From positions 17,233 to 81,232 of the forward strand of contig JARKSN010000339.1 of the NCBI GenBank assembly GCA_029974275.1: a stretch of DNA of 64,000 nucleotides. The letters are read 5' to 3'. Position numbers and translations under genes: made by a program. The notes beneath the pieces were generated by a model, which was not told the origin of the DNA, did no database searches, and saw nothing but the letters and a program-made list of their open reading frames with translations. Each line of letters begins with the position of its first letter. Within the stretch, counting starts at the first letter, position 1. Source of the stretch: Candidatus Hydrogenedentota bacterium. GTDB taxonomy: Bacteria > Hydrogenedentota > Hydrogenedentia > Hydrogenedentales > SLHB01. Positions 51,093-60,436 of the stretch are shown piece by piece.

Positions 51093-52583
51093 TTAGCCGA
51101 GCAGCTTGCGGCCTTCCGAACTTTTGATGCCGGAAGTCACGCGCGTGAAGGCCTCTTCGTCGCTGCACGCGGAGATGGCTTGATCGCGATCGACGATGCC
51201 TTTTTGGTATAGCTCGACGGCGTATTGATCGAAACTGCGCATGTCCGAGTCGACTTCGATGATGCTGTAGAGGCGTCCGATGTCGCCTTCGAGGATGGCG
51301 TCGCGGACGATTGGCTTGCCGCCCAGCAGGACTTCCACGCACGGCACGCGCCCGCCGCCTTTGCGCTTGAGGAGCCGTTGGCAGGCCACGCCGCGCAACG
51401 TGTATGCCAATTCCTGCCGGATCAGGTCGCGTTCGGCTTGCGGGAAGTAGCTGATAATGCGGTTGACGGTGTCGACGGCTGTCATCGTGTGGAGGGTGCT
51501 GAAGACGAGGTGTCCGGTTTCCGCGGCGCTGATCGCCGCGCGGATGGTGTCCATGTCGCGCATTTCGCCCACCAGGATGACGTCCGGGTCTTCGCGCAAC
51601 GCGCCGCGCAGGGCATTGGCGAAACTGTAGGTGTCGCGTCCAACCTGGCGTTGGGAGATGACGCTTTTTTTGTCGCGGTATACGAATTCGATGGGGTCTT
51701 CGATTGAAATGATATGGGCGTGCCGGGTGCTGTTGATGTAGTCGAGCATGGCCGCAAGGGTCGTTGACTTGCCGCTTCCGGTGATGCCGCACACGAGGAA
51801 GAGGCCGCGGTGGGCGTCCGCCACCGAACGCACGGTTTCCGGGAGGTCCAATTTTTCAAAGGGGACGGGTTCTTCGGGGATGTATCGGATGGCGAGGGCC
51901 ATCGCGCCCATTTTGATGTAGCCGCTGCAGCGCAGGTAGCACACGCCCGCGAGGTGGTATTGGAAGCTGATTTCGCGGTCCGACATCAGCCGGTTGAGTT
52001 CTTCATCGCCGCCCAGGTGAAAGATGATCTCGCGCATGTCTTCTGCGCTGAGGACGGGCATGTCCAGAGGAAACAGGTCGCCGTCGACGCGCATGTAGGG
52101 GGGGGAGCCTGCGCGCAGATGAATGTCCGAGGCTTTGCGCGCTTGCATTTCTTCGATGAGCACGTTGATGTTGACGCCGAAGGTGCGGAATTTTTCGACG
52201 CTGACCTGCCATGAGCACGAACGGCACGAGCGGACGGAGAATTTTTCGACGATGCCGTCGATGGGAAGCAATTGCGGCATTTGGCGCCATTCGAAGGCGG
52301 GCAGCGTCAGCAGGCATTGCCCGTCGCTTATGGCCATGTGATGCGGGATTTTGGTGGCTTCGACGGCCAATTTCATCTGTGTTGGATCGGCGCTGTCCTT
52401 GAGGTGGAACTCGATGCGGATTTGGTCCACTTTTTTGCTCATGTCGTTTGCGCGGGCAAGCAACGTGCAGTGGGCTGTCGTGAACCGGACTTCTTCCGGG
52501 ACTCCCAAATCCTTGATAACGGCTCGAACGCCGGTGTGGAAAACGTCGAAAAGCGTGCTGCGCGAATTTGTGCCGATAACCAT
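51093..52583 (-). CDS. pilT: PilT/PilU-family retraction ATPase with N-terminal extension
   Basis: ASDIHL, GITGSGKSTT, IEDPIE, LREDPDVILVGEMRD, AETGHLVFSTLHT. Confidence 0.9.
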   Translation of the reverse strand: MVIGTNSRSTLFDVFHTGVRAVIKDLGVPEEVRFTTAHCTLLARANDMSKKVDQIRIEFHLKDSADPTQMKLAVEATKIPHHMAISDGQCLLTLPAFEWRQMPQLLPIDGIVEKFSVRSCRSCSWQVSVEKFRTFGVNINVLIEEMQARKASDIHLRAGSPPYMRVDGDLFPLDMPVLSAEDMREIIFHLGGDEELNRLMSDREISFQYHLAGVCYLRCSGYIKMGAMALAIRYIPEEPVPFEKLDLPETVRSVADAHRGLFLVCGITGSGKSTTLAAMLDYINSTRHAHIISIEDPIEFVYRDKKSVISQRQVGRDTYSFANALRGALREDPDVILVGEMRDMDTIRAAISAAETGHLVFSTLHTMTAVDTVNRIISYFPQAERDLIRQELAYTLRGVACQRLLKRKGGGRVPCVEVLLGGKPIVRDAILEGDIGRLYSIIEVDSDMRSFDQYAVELYQKGIVDRDQAISACSDEEAFTRVTSGIKSSEGRKLLG

Positions 52584-52698
52584 GAGAGAACGTAGTACCT
52601 CCGACGGCCGTCATGGGCCGTTTGACGTGGGCGGCGATGCTATCATGATTGCCGGGCGGGTGTCAAAAAAACGGCGCGTGGCCGACGCGGTCCGATGG

Positions 52699-53502
52699 TC
52701 ATCGCGTCTGGTCCGCGACGACGGCGCTTGGGGGTGCGTGCAGGGAAAAGCTCTCACGGGTCAGCGGCGGGTTTTTCTGGATGTTTGCATAGTGGATTTG
52801 CAGGACGGTCGCGCCGCGCGCATCCGTCATTCGGGTCATGATTGGCATGCCGTCGCGTGCGCGGAACCACAGCGTCAGCTTCGATCCGGGTTCGAGTCCG
52901 TTGTCGTATGCCGTGCGCAACACGCCTTGCAGCACATGCGCCGTTTGTCCGTCGACCTTTTGTTCGGGCAGGATCGAGATGTCATAGTCTTCGTCGAGCA
53001 TGCGGAACAATGCTTCGCCCGTCAGCGGGGCCAATGCCGCGAAATTCACGGCGGGTTCCGATTGCGTCAGCAGTTTTTGACCGAACATTTCGGTGAGCGT
53101 GTTCTGGGTTGTTCCGTCGAAGACCGTGACAATTCGTTGTCGCAGGCCTGCCGACTGTGTTTCCGAACGCACGCTCACCGTGTTGGTCAAGTCCAGGCGC
53201 ACCAGCAGCGTCTTGCCGCTTTTCATGGCGGAGAGCGTTCCGGAACCGTCCGATTGCAGGGGGATTCCCGGCAACAGCCCCGCGTCGCCGGATAGGGAGA
53301 TGTCGCCGCGCAAGGCCCGGATGTCCTTCCAATGTTGCGTGAGTGTTTTTTGCAGCGCGGCTATTGGCGTTTCCGGTTCCGCATGCGCCAATGCCGGAAG
53401 CAAGGCCCAAAGCGCCCCCCAAACGGCGGCCCATCGCCATGGGAGGCGGCGCACATGATTCTGGGAGGTCTTGGTTTCAGTCGTTTTGTTCAAGGTCGGC
53501 AT
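52699..53502 (-). CDS. Exported LolA-fold-like protein
   Basis: Signal peptide ending ALAHA, VFDG, C-terminal Y.NIQKNPPL....F....P pattern; start uncertain. Confidence 0.65.
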   Translation of the reverse strand: MPTLNKTTETKTSQNHVRRLPWRWAAVWGALWALLPALAHAEPETPIAALQKTLTQHWKDIRALRGDISLSGDAGLLPGIPLQSDGSGTLSAMKSGKTLLVRLDLTNTVSVRSETQSAGLRQRIVTVFDGTTQNTLTEMFGQKLLTQSEPAVNFAALAPLTGEALFRMLDEDYDISILPEQKVDGQTAHVLQGVLRTAYDNGLEPGSKLTLWFRARDGMPIMTRMTDARGATVLQIHYANIQKNPPLTRESFSLHAPPSAVVADQTR

Positions 53503-53819
53503 CCTTTCATCGGCGCATTTGTATTGCCGGGGGACGTATCGTGCGTCCGTGCGCACGGCCACATGGGGATCGTGAAACGCATTGTAACAACAATATCGCA
53601 TCTCATTTCAGGATCACGGGACGAAGATATCTGGCTCCGGTACTATCCGTTTACGGACGGTTTTGTTTCATCGAGAGGTCGTGTGGCGGAGAAGACCTGG
53701 ATTTAGTTGATTGAATTTAGGCTGTTTTTCTGGGTTTGGCAAGATAATTATTGTCAAAATCTTTCATTTTTGCTAAAAATACCTCATTTTTCTTATCTAA
53801 CCCTTTGTGATCAAAACAG

Positions 53820-53848
53820 TTGCGTTCTTCTTCGGGTCGTGGTACAAT
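53820..53848 (+). promoter_or_regulatory. sigma70 promoter with extended -10
   Basis: TTGCGT-N17-TACAAT, TGn before -10, AT-rich upstream tract. Confidence 0.7.
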
Positions 53849-53854
53849 CTAGGC

Positions 53855-54003
53855 GGTCAGCGCCACATGTGGCGTTTCTCCTTCCGCGGAGGCCCCGGAG
53901 AGTGATTTCCGAGGCCTCTAAAATAACTTGCGGAACGGCCGGATTTCGGCGGTTTTGCGAGTGAAGATAGATGGGCCGGGGTTTCCTCGGCCCGCTTTTT
54001 TTT
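53855..54003 (+). ncRNA. Candidate small structured RNA (about 150 nt)
   Basis: Between promoter and plus-oriented terminator; nested stems capped by GUGA tetraloop; both flanking genes on minus strand. Confidence 0.6.
53973..54003 (+). terminator. Rho-independent terminator
   Basis: GGGCCGGGG-TTT-CCTCGGCCC then GC and T8. Confidence 0.85.
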
Positions 54004-54031
54004 GAGATGTCCACGGATTTCGAGGATGGTT

Positions 54032-54877
54032 TTATCGTTTTCTTTTTTGGGGGTCTTGTCCTGCGTTTTTCGAATCTTCGTTGGATGTGGCGGCGGCAGG
54101 GGCGGTCGAAATGGCTTGTCCGGCGTCGACGACGCTGAAGTAGAAGAGGCGCGGTTCGAGCGTGGCGTCGCCCTGCAAGGATCCCCAATGGACGGCGTAT
54201 GTTCCGGCTCGCAGGGGGCCTGGCAGTTCGATTTGGAAGAGGGCGGATTCTTGCGCGGGGTCGGAGATGGCCTTTGCGCTGACGGGAATGTCTTCGGCAG
54301 GCGTCCATACTTCGATGGGGGCGGTTTTTCCCGATGTGTTTTGGGGAGTGACGTCGGCTAGTTCGAGTCGCGCCATATGCACGTTTCGTGCGGGCAGTTT
54401 GAAGGCCACCAGCATGGGTTCCGGATTGGTCGTGACGACGTCGGACCAGTGGGGCGTTCCGTAGACCGTTCCGGACACGGGCGAAAGGTAGGGTTGTGGC
54501 TCGGCGGAGGCGGTGCGCGCGTACCGGAAATGATCGAAGAAGTGGACGCCTTTGGCGTCGGGCAACGGCCACAGCACGACCGGAGGGGGTTGTACGGAGC
54601 GGGCGTGCGAGCCGGGCAATTCCAGGCGGCCCGAGGTGTATCCCGTTTTGGCGAAGGAAAGCGTCACGGGCCCTGCGGGACATGGCAAGCGGTACCTGCC
54701 GAGGCTGTTGGTGAGTCCATGCGCCGAGATGCCTTCGATGGTGACGGCCACGCCGTGCAAGGTTTCGCCCCGGGCATCGACGACAACGCCCTCAACGGAT
54801 CCGGAGGGACAGCCCGTTGATAAAAGGAACACTGCCGCGAGTGCGATCATGGCCAGGATATGTTGCGTGATTTTCAT
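54032..54877 (-). CDS. Lipoprotein with carboxypeptidase-regulatory-like domain
   Basis: LSTGC lipobox, VEGVVVDARGETL.GV.V, TNSLGRY.L, F.KTGY. Confidence 0.8.
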   Translation of the reverse strand: MKITQHILAMIALAAVFLLSTGCPSGSVEGVVVDARGETLHGVAVTIEGISAHGLTNSLGRYRLPCPAGPVTLSFAKTGYTSGRLELPGSHARSVQPPPVVLWPLPDAKGVHFFDHFRYARTASAEPQPYLSPVSGTVYGTPHWSDVVTTNPEPMLVAFKLPARNVHMARLELADVTPQNTSGKTAPIEVWTPAEDIPVSAKAISDPAQESALFQIELPGPLRAGTYAVHWGSLQGDATLEPRLFYFSVVDAGQAISTAPAAATSNEDSKNAGQDPQKRKR

Positions 54878-55018
54878 GATGATTCTGCTTATCGCATGCC
54901 TGTTTGCTGCGTTTCCCCGGTTTGGCAACGCTTATGCCGTGCGCCATTATCCACATTCGCGAAGGCGCCGCCAAACGGGCGTGATGGGGCGCGGGGATGC
55001 GGGGATGTTGAAGAACCG

Positions 55019-56323
55019 CTATTCGACGGGCAGCGAGAATTGGGCGTGCCATAGTTCTGCGTGGTGCGCCTTTTGTCCTGCCGCGGGCGGCTGACCGTTC
55101 TCATCCACATAGCAGGCCGACACGACATGAATTGTGTCGCCGTCATCCTCGCCGCCGAAACGTTCAGGGCGGAGCGGATGGATCACGTAGCCTTCGAGTT
55201 TCTTTGTCCCCGGCAGAACGTACTCGCGGGTAGGTTTGAATCCGTTCGTGGGGTCTATTGCCCAGAGATGAAGCTCCGAATCCGACGCGCGGCCCAACAC
55301 GTACCAGTTGCCTTTACTGTCGATCAGAATCCGGGTCGAACTTGCGTTCAACGTGGTGGGGAAGACCTCGGCGCTCAGGTCGTGCCTGATACGAGCGATG
55401 TAGTGGTGGGTGGGCGTCTTGCGCCATTCATCGAGGGTGTTTGCCTCGCCATAGGAGTACGCGAGGTAGCCGTTTCCGTCGGGTCCCTCGATGAAGTCCT
55501 GAAGCGACGTTGCCCCGTATTCGGGCATCAGGAACCCCTTGTTCACCCACTTGTCCTTAGTCAGGTCGTCGCAGCTAGCCACGCGCACATGCCGCCACGA
55601 GTAGTGCGGGAAATCCGGGTTCGCTTTCGGATCGCTGATGGCCGAGTTTAGCACCGCCAGCGCGCGCTTTCCCTTGAGGAGAATGCCAATGTATCCATAG
55701 CGGCCTTCCGGCGTCACGAACCGTTGTTTGTGCCATTTTCCCGTCGATTGATCGTAGAAGGCGCTGATGATCGCGTTGGGGCGAAAGGCCGCGATGTCCT
55801 TGGACTCGGCATGAAGCATCAGGAAATTGCCTTCGGGGCTCATGCCCGCGCCCATGTAGGCGCAAGTGCCGCTGTACACGACCTCGAAGGTGGAAAAGTC
55901 CAGCGGATTGGTCATGCGAATCACTTCGGCCATGTCAAAACTCGACGGGGCGACATCCCACAGGCGTCCATCGGGCGCCATCAACGACAGGTAGGTTGAT
56001 TCGAGGGTTGACCGGACCTTTTCCCATTGTCCGTCCGGCGTGCGACGGAAAAACGCGCCGCCCCATGCCCACGCGTTGCCGGGCGACGCGCCGATGGAGG
56101 TCTCGTTGTTCGCCGCGGGATCGTCGACGCGCCCGTCAGCATAGAGAACGCCTTTGTACTTCAGCAGGTGGTTGCTGTGCCACCCGTGAATCATGCCCGT
56201 CGAGACGTTGTCGCTGATGCGCTCGACGACGGTCGGGAGCGTCGGCAAGGGGGGCGTCGCTCCGTTTTCCGGCGCAGACAGCATAACGGCCGCAAAGACC
56301 ACTGCATACGTTACCATCGGCAT
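55019..56323 (-). CDS. Secreted hypothetical protein (possible beta-propeller)
   Basis: Signal-like N-terminus, beta-rich with W/Y/D turn motifs; adjacent to DUF4838 gene. Confidence 0.65.
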   Translation of the reverse strand: MPMVTYAVVFAAVMLSAPENGATPPLPTLPTVVERISDNVSTGMIHGWHSNHLLKYKGVLYADGRVDDPAANNETSIGASPGNAWAWGGAFFRRTPDGQWEKVRSTLESTYLSLMAPDGRLWDVAPSSFDMAEVIRMTNPLDFSTFEVVYSGTCAYMGAGMSPEGNFLMLHAESKDIAAFRPNAIISAFYDQSTGKWHKQRFVTPEGRYGYIGILLKGKRALAVLNSAISDPKANPDFPHYSWRHVRVASCDDLTKDKWVNKGFLMPEYGATSLQDFIEGPDGNGYLAYSYGEANTLDEWRKTPTHHYIARIRHDLSAEVFPTTLNASSTRILIDSKGNWYVLGRASDSELHLWAIDPTNGFKPTREYVLPGTKKLEGYVIHPLRPERFGGEDDGDTIHVVSACYVDENGQPPAAGQKAHHAELWHAQFSLPVE

Positions 56324-56348
56324 CTCCTACAAGGCGTCTCCGAAACAA

Positions 56349-58880
56349 TTAACGAGAACGCGGGGCCTTTCGCGACATGGCATACGCCAGATGCACGCTG
56401 CGTTTTTCGCCGGGGTTAAGCGGCGTCAGAAGCGGCAGCACTTCCAAGTTGGCTACTTGACGGTCCTGGTTGAAGTAGAAGAACAGGTTCTGGATTTCTT
56501 CGGCCTGCACGGTGTTGATGAGCGTCAAGCCTTTCTTTGGGAGATGGATTGCCCATCGCGTCACGCCATCGCGCTCGATCAGGCCACCGCCCCATCGCTG
56601 GAAAGGTTGCGCCGGGCCGCTGTGTTTTTTCCACTGCCCGTCCCGTTCCACCCAGAATTCCGGCGGGCAATCGCCCTGCGTCCAGAACTCGGGGTGTAGC
56701 TTCACGCGCGGCACCAACGCGACCGAACTCGTGTTCTCCACCTCGAACGTAATTTCGACGGACTTCGAACCGGGTTCAAGCGTGATGGTCCGCCGCACAA
56801 CAAGCCCGTCGTCGCGTTTTGTCTCATAGGTAAGGCTGTCCTTCGTCTGAGCGGTCAAGGTGTACGGTGAACCGATACCTTTTTCCTGGAGAGGCTTTTC
56901 GGGATCCATCACCTCCCAATCCTGTAGCCGATGCGCCGTGCTGCTGACCCCATCGGCAGGTTTAAACCAGTCCACGCCGCTGCGCTTGTCGCGCATAGAA
57001 AGCACCGCCCCCGAGAGCTCCTCCGCGGCATACACTTCCCAATGCGCGTTTTCGACTCGCTGGATCTGCACTTCCTGCCGCCGCGGCGGGGTTTGGCTAT
57101 CGAGTTGTGCGCGAAAGTCAAGGATCGGGCCGTCGCCGTTGTAGGTGACCCCGTACCGCATGATCATGTCCCAGTACTCGTCAAAGGTTTGGCTCGGCGG
57201 TCGCGACACGACACAGGTGTTTCCCATCATTTCCGCGCGCGGCGGGCACATCAGCGCCGCGTGCTGCACGGGCAAATAGGCGTAGTTCAGGCGCTGCCGG
57301 AGCGTTTCATTGGCGCCGATCGCCGCAAAAGCCTTCTCGAACAACGTCTTCGACTGCTCGACGAATTCGAAGGTCACCCAATCCATATTGCTCGAGGCTG
57401 TGAGGTTGAAGCCGGCGTCCACGACGGCGGCCTTGGCGAGGTCCAGATACTCGCGGAGATACGGGGCGGCCGGGCCGTAGTACAAATCAAGGAACTCGGC
57501 ATAGAGGGATTCCCAGTTCACGTTCGGGTTCCAGACGGCATGCGACAGGAGATACGCTTTCAGCATGTCGAAGTCGCTGTGCGGCGATTTGGCCCCTTGC
57601 GCAAACAGGCCTGTAACGCCGTTTTTCACAAAAAAGGCGATATTGGGCTGAAGCACATCGACGTTCGGATGGGGTTGCTGGAAGGAGTAGCGATTTTGGG
57701 TGCAGTCCCAGGCAAACAGGGTATTGGTCATTCCGGACCATGCCCGGAGATTCTTGCGAAATGTGCTGTTGAAAGGGCTCGAGGAAGCCGCATAGGGTTT
57801 CGTGAAATCGCACCCCGCCGCGCACATTTCCACGATTACGTTGTCGCGAGGCCGAACCGTCTTGGGAGACATCGCCGTGGCGCCAAAGGCCGACGTCTTG
57901 ATACGTGCGTCCGGGAACTCCTTCTCCACGGCCTCGGCCACCTGATTGACGAAGGCCAGCAGTGCGCCGCTGTCGCCTCCTTCCCGTTCGTGCATGGCAC
58001 GGCACGGATCGCACCCGCAAAAGGTTCCTGTCTGCATCTGGGCAATGGTCACAATTCGCCGAGCAGGCGGCGCGGCGCGAAGAAGCCGCAAGGTCTTGTC
58101 GATCGTGATGCGCAGCACGTCGGGGTTCGTGAGACATATTTGCGTGTCGCGGGGCTCAACGAGTCGTATGCCGTTGACCTCGGAGAAGTATTCTGGGTGG
58201 GTCTTGCCATACTCTTCGGGGCTCACGAAACTGAGCAGCGAACTGCTGGTGGCATTGACGAACTCGATGTTCCCGCCCATGTGCTCCGGAATGCGAAACA
58301 GGTGATCGCCGTTGAAACGGTGCTTGACCGCGAACTCCGGGCGCCACGTAAACATCCAGTAGTCCGTGTCGCGATACCAGAGCGCGGGGACATAGCGGAA
58401 GTCGATTTGCGGAATCGGCTTGCAATCCGGTGGAATGTAGGTTGCATCCGGCGCGAGCCAGCGGACGCCCATGTAGTCCTCAAAAAACTGATAGACGCCG
58501 TACAGCGTGCCGCGTTTTTGTCCGCCTACAATAAGCAAGTCGTGGGGCGTGGCCGTGCGAATGCAGAGCCCGTCGTCGCCCAGTCCTTCGAGATTCACGG
58601 TCGCCAACAACGATTCGGGCAGTCCGACACGGCCGATCCATACCGAGACGCTTCCTTGGGCAGGTGTTGTCGCGATAGGGGGCGCGTGGCCGGTGCATTG
58701 CTGCCAGTGCTTTTGAAATTCCGTGGCGGCTGTGCGTTCACTCGGCGAAGCCGACTCTGCCACAACGACGCGCACCTCGCCATAGCGGCCTGGTTCGAGC
58801 CATGGCGCGGACGCGGACGCGGCAGTAGCGGCGAGCAAGGCGGCAACCGAAACCATCGCGCCTGCGAAATGCGTTTTCAT
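56349..58880 (-). CDS. DUF4838 secreted glycoside-hydrolase-like protein
   Basis: RGTLYGVYQFFEDYMGVRW, HPEYFS, QICLTNP, C.CD.C, WNP, YYGPAA. Confidence 0.88.
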   Translation of the reverse strand: MKTHFAGAMVSVAALLAATAASASAPWLEPGRYGEVRVVVAESASPSERTAATEFQKHWQQCTGHAPPIATTPAQGSVSVWIGRVGLPESLLATVNLEGLGDDGLCIRTATPHDLLIVGGQKRGTLYGVYQFFEDYMGVRWLAPDATYIPPDCKPIPQIDFRYVPALWYRDTDYWMFTWRPEFAVKHRFNGDHLFRIPEHMGGNIEFVNATSSSLLSFVSPEEYGKTHPEYFSEVNGIRLVEPRDTQICLTNPDVLRITIDKTLRLLRAAPPARRIVTIAQMQTGTFCGCDPCRAMHEREGGDSGALLAFVNQVAEAVEKEFPDARIKTSAFGATAMSPKTVRPRDNVIVEMCAAGCDFTKPYAASSSPFNSTFRKNLRAWSGMTNTLFAWDCTQNRYSFQQPHPNVDVLQPNIAFFVKNGVTGLFAQGAKSPHSDFDMLKAYLLSHAVWNPNVNWESLYAEFLDLYYGPAAPYLREYLDLAKAAVVDAGFNLTASSNMDWVTFEFVEQSKTLFEKAFAAIGANETLRQRLNYAYLPVQHAALMCPPRAEMMGNTCVVSRPPSQTFDEYWDMIMRYGVTYNGDGPILDFRAQLDSQTPPRRQEVQIQRVENAHWEVYAAEELSGAVLSMRDKRSGVDWFKPADGVSSTAHRLQDWEVMDPEKPLQEKGIGSPYTLTAQTKDSLTYETKRDDGLVVRRTITLEPGSKSVEITFEVENTSSVALVPRVKLHPEFWTQGDCPPEFWVERDGQWKKHSGPAQPFQRWGGGLIERDGVTRWAIHLPKKGLTLINTVQAEEIQNLFFYFNQDRQVANLEVLPLLTPLNPGEKRSVHLAYAMSRKAPRSR

Positions 58881-59011
58881 CCGGCGCCTCCCTCATACAT
58901 AATGGAATCCAGACGCGATCAATTTATAACGCAACAGCACGTCAATATCGCAGATTCGGCAAAGAGAATCTATACAAAAAGGCAATGCGTTAGCAGCAGG
59001 AGACACAAACT

Positions 59012-60142
59012 GTGTGTGATGTCGGCAATTATTACGGGTTTCTGGCGGCATTTTCACAAAGGCATCCGGCATTATCGTGGCAATCGCAGTCGTGGCCTGA
59101 CGTCGAAGAGTGGCGGGCGCGCGGTCGCGCCAAGATGCGCGAACTGTTGTGTTACGCGCCCGCCCCGGTTTCGCCAAACGCAGAGGTGCTATCATCCATC
59201 GAGATGAACGGCTACACACGGCATCTTGTGCGGTATGCCGTCACGTCCGACCGAGCAACCGAGGCGTTTCTCCTAATACCCGATCGGCTGACAGGACCTG
59301 CGCCCGCCGTCATTGCCCTGCACGACCATGGCGGGTTCTACTATCATGGCAAGGAAAAAATCGCCCTGACCGACACCCCGTCGCAGCCTCTTCAGGCACA
59401 TATCCGCGAATCCTACGGGGGGAGGCCGTACGCCGACGAACTCGCCAGACAGGGATTTGTCGTGCTGGCGCCGGACGCGTTCTACTTCGGGGCGCAACGC
59501 TTGGAACCAGACGCCGTGTCCCCCAGACTCACCGAAGCGCTGCGCCGGTATGCTACGGGCAGCGACGACTATGTCCGCGCCTATCAGGGCTTCGCGTGGC
59601 AGATGGAAGAACTTGTCGCACGAACGATCTTCGCGGCCGGGGCCACGTGGCCGGGCATCCTATTTCAGGGTGACCGGGCCGCCCTGGACTTTTTGCTGAC
59701 GCGCCCCGAGGTTGATACGCGCCGCGTGGGGTGCGTGGGGCTGTCCCTCGGAGGATACCGCGCCGCCCACCTTTTCGCCCTGGATGCCCGCATCCAATGC
59801 GGCGTCGTGGCCGGATGGATGACTACCTACAGATCGCTGTTGCGCGCCCACATCGCGCGCCACACCTGGATGGTCTACGTCCCCGGCCAAACCCCGTGGC
59901 TCGACCTGCCCGATGTCGTGACTCTCAACGCGCCGCGTCCGCTTATGGTCATCAACTGCAACAAGGATGCCCTCTTTCCCCTTGATGGGATGCGCGATGC
60001 TGAATCCATCATCCGCAGGGTCTATGACGCCCTCGGCCACGCCGATCAGTTTCGCTGCGCCTACTACGATGCCCCCCATTCCTTCCCGATCTCTGCCCAG
60101 GACGAGGCCTTCGCGTGGTTGACAAAATGGCTACGAGAGTAG
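59012..60142 (+). CDS. Alpha/beta hydrolase (dienelactone hydrolase/esterase family)
   Basis: PAVIALHDHGG, RPEVD.RRVGCVGLSLGG, APRPL, HSF. Confidence 0.87.
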   Translation: MCDVGNYYGFLAAFSQRHPALSWQSQSWPDVEEWRARGRAKMRELLCYAPAPVSPNAEVLSSIEMNGYTRHLVRYAVTSDRATEAFLLIPDRLTGPAPAVIALHDHGGFYYHGKEKIALTDTPSQPLQAHIRESYGGRPYADELARQGFVVLAPDAFYFGAQRLEPDAVSPRLTEALRRYATGSDDYVRAYQGFAWQMEELVARTIFAAGATWPGILFQGDRAALDFLLTRPEVDTRRVGCVGLSLGGYRAAHLFALDARIQCGVVAGWMTTYRSLLRAHIARHTWMVYVPGQTPWLDLPDVVTLNAPRPLMVINCNKDALFPLDGMRDAESIIRRVYDALGHADQFRCAYYDAPHSFPISAQDEAFAWLTKWLRE

Positions 60143-60436
60143 TCATGCGTGTTGAAGAAGAGCCCGGGACACACAAAGGCGCGCCTTTGCCCTCCCGTGC
60201 GCAACTTCTTGCCGCAGATTTACCCTATACCCTGATTGGCCCTCAATCCGCGACTGAGACATGAGCCTGAAGATTCCGTCTATTGGACAGGATATTTCTC
60301 AGGCGTTTCCGCAAAGCGATCTCATTCTCGCCATCGTTGGATTATTCCCTGAGATATTCCTCCTTCGCCACATCGTAGCCGGTATTGCGTAACGCTGGCA
60401 GAAGGTCGTTCGCAGGGGGCGATGAAGATAGCAGTT

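Noticed and set aside
56931..59207. Long antisense ORFs (758 aa here; also 3225-4940, 5046-6578, 38799-40520, 61181-62560)
   Set aside because: Shadow frames of real genes in GC-rich DNA; no motifs or RBS.
60234..60436. Possible minus-strand gene remnant with in-frame stop (…AKEEYLRE*SNDGENEIALRKRLRNIL…)
   Set aside because: No recognisable family or start; cannot be supported without a search.
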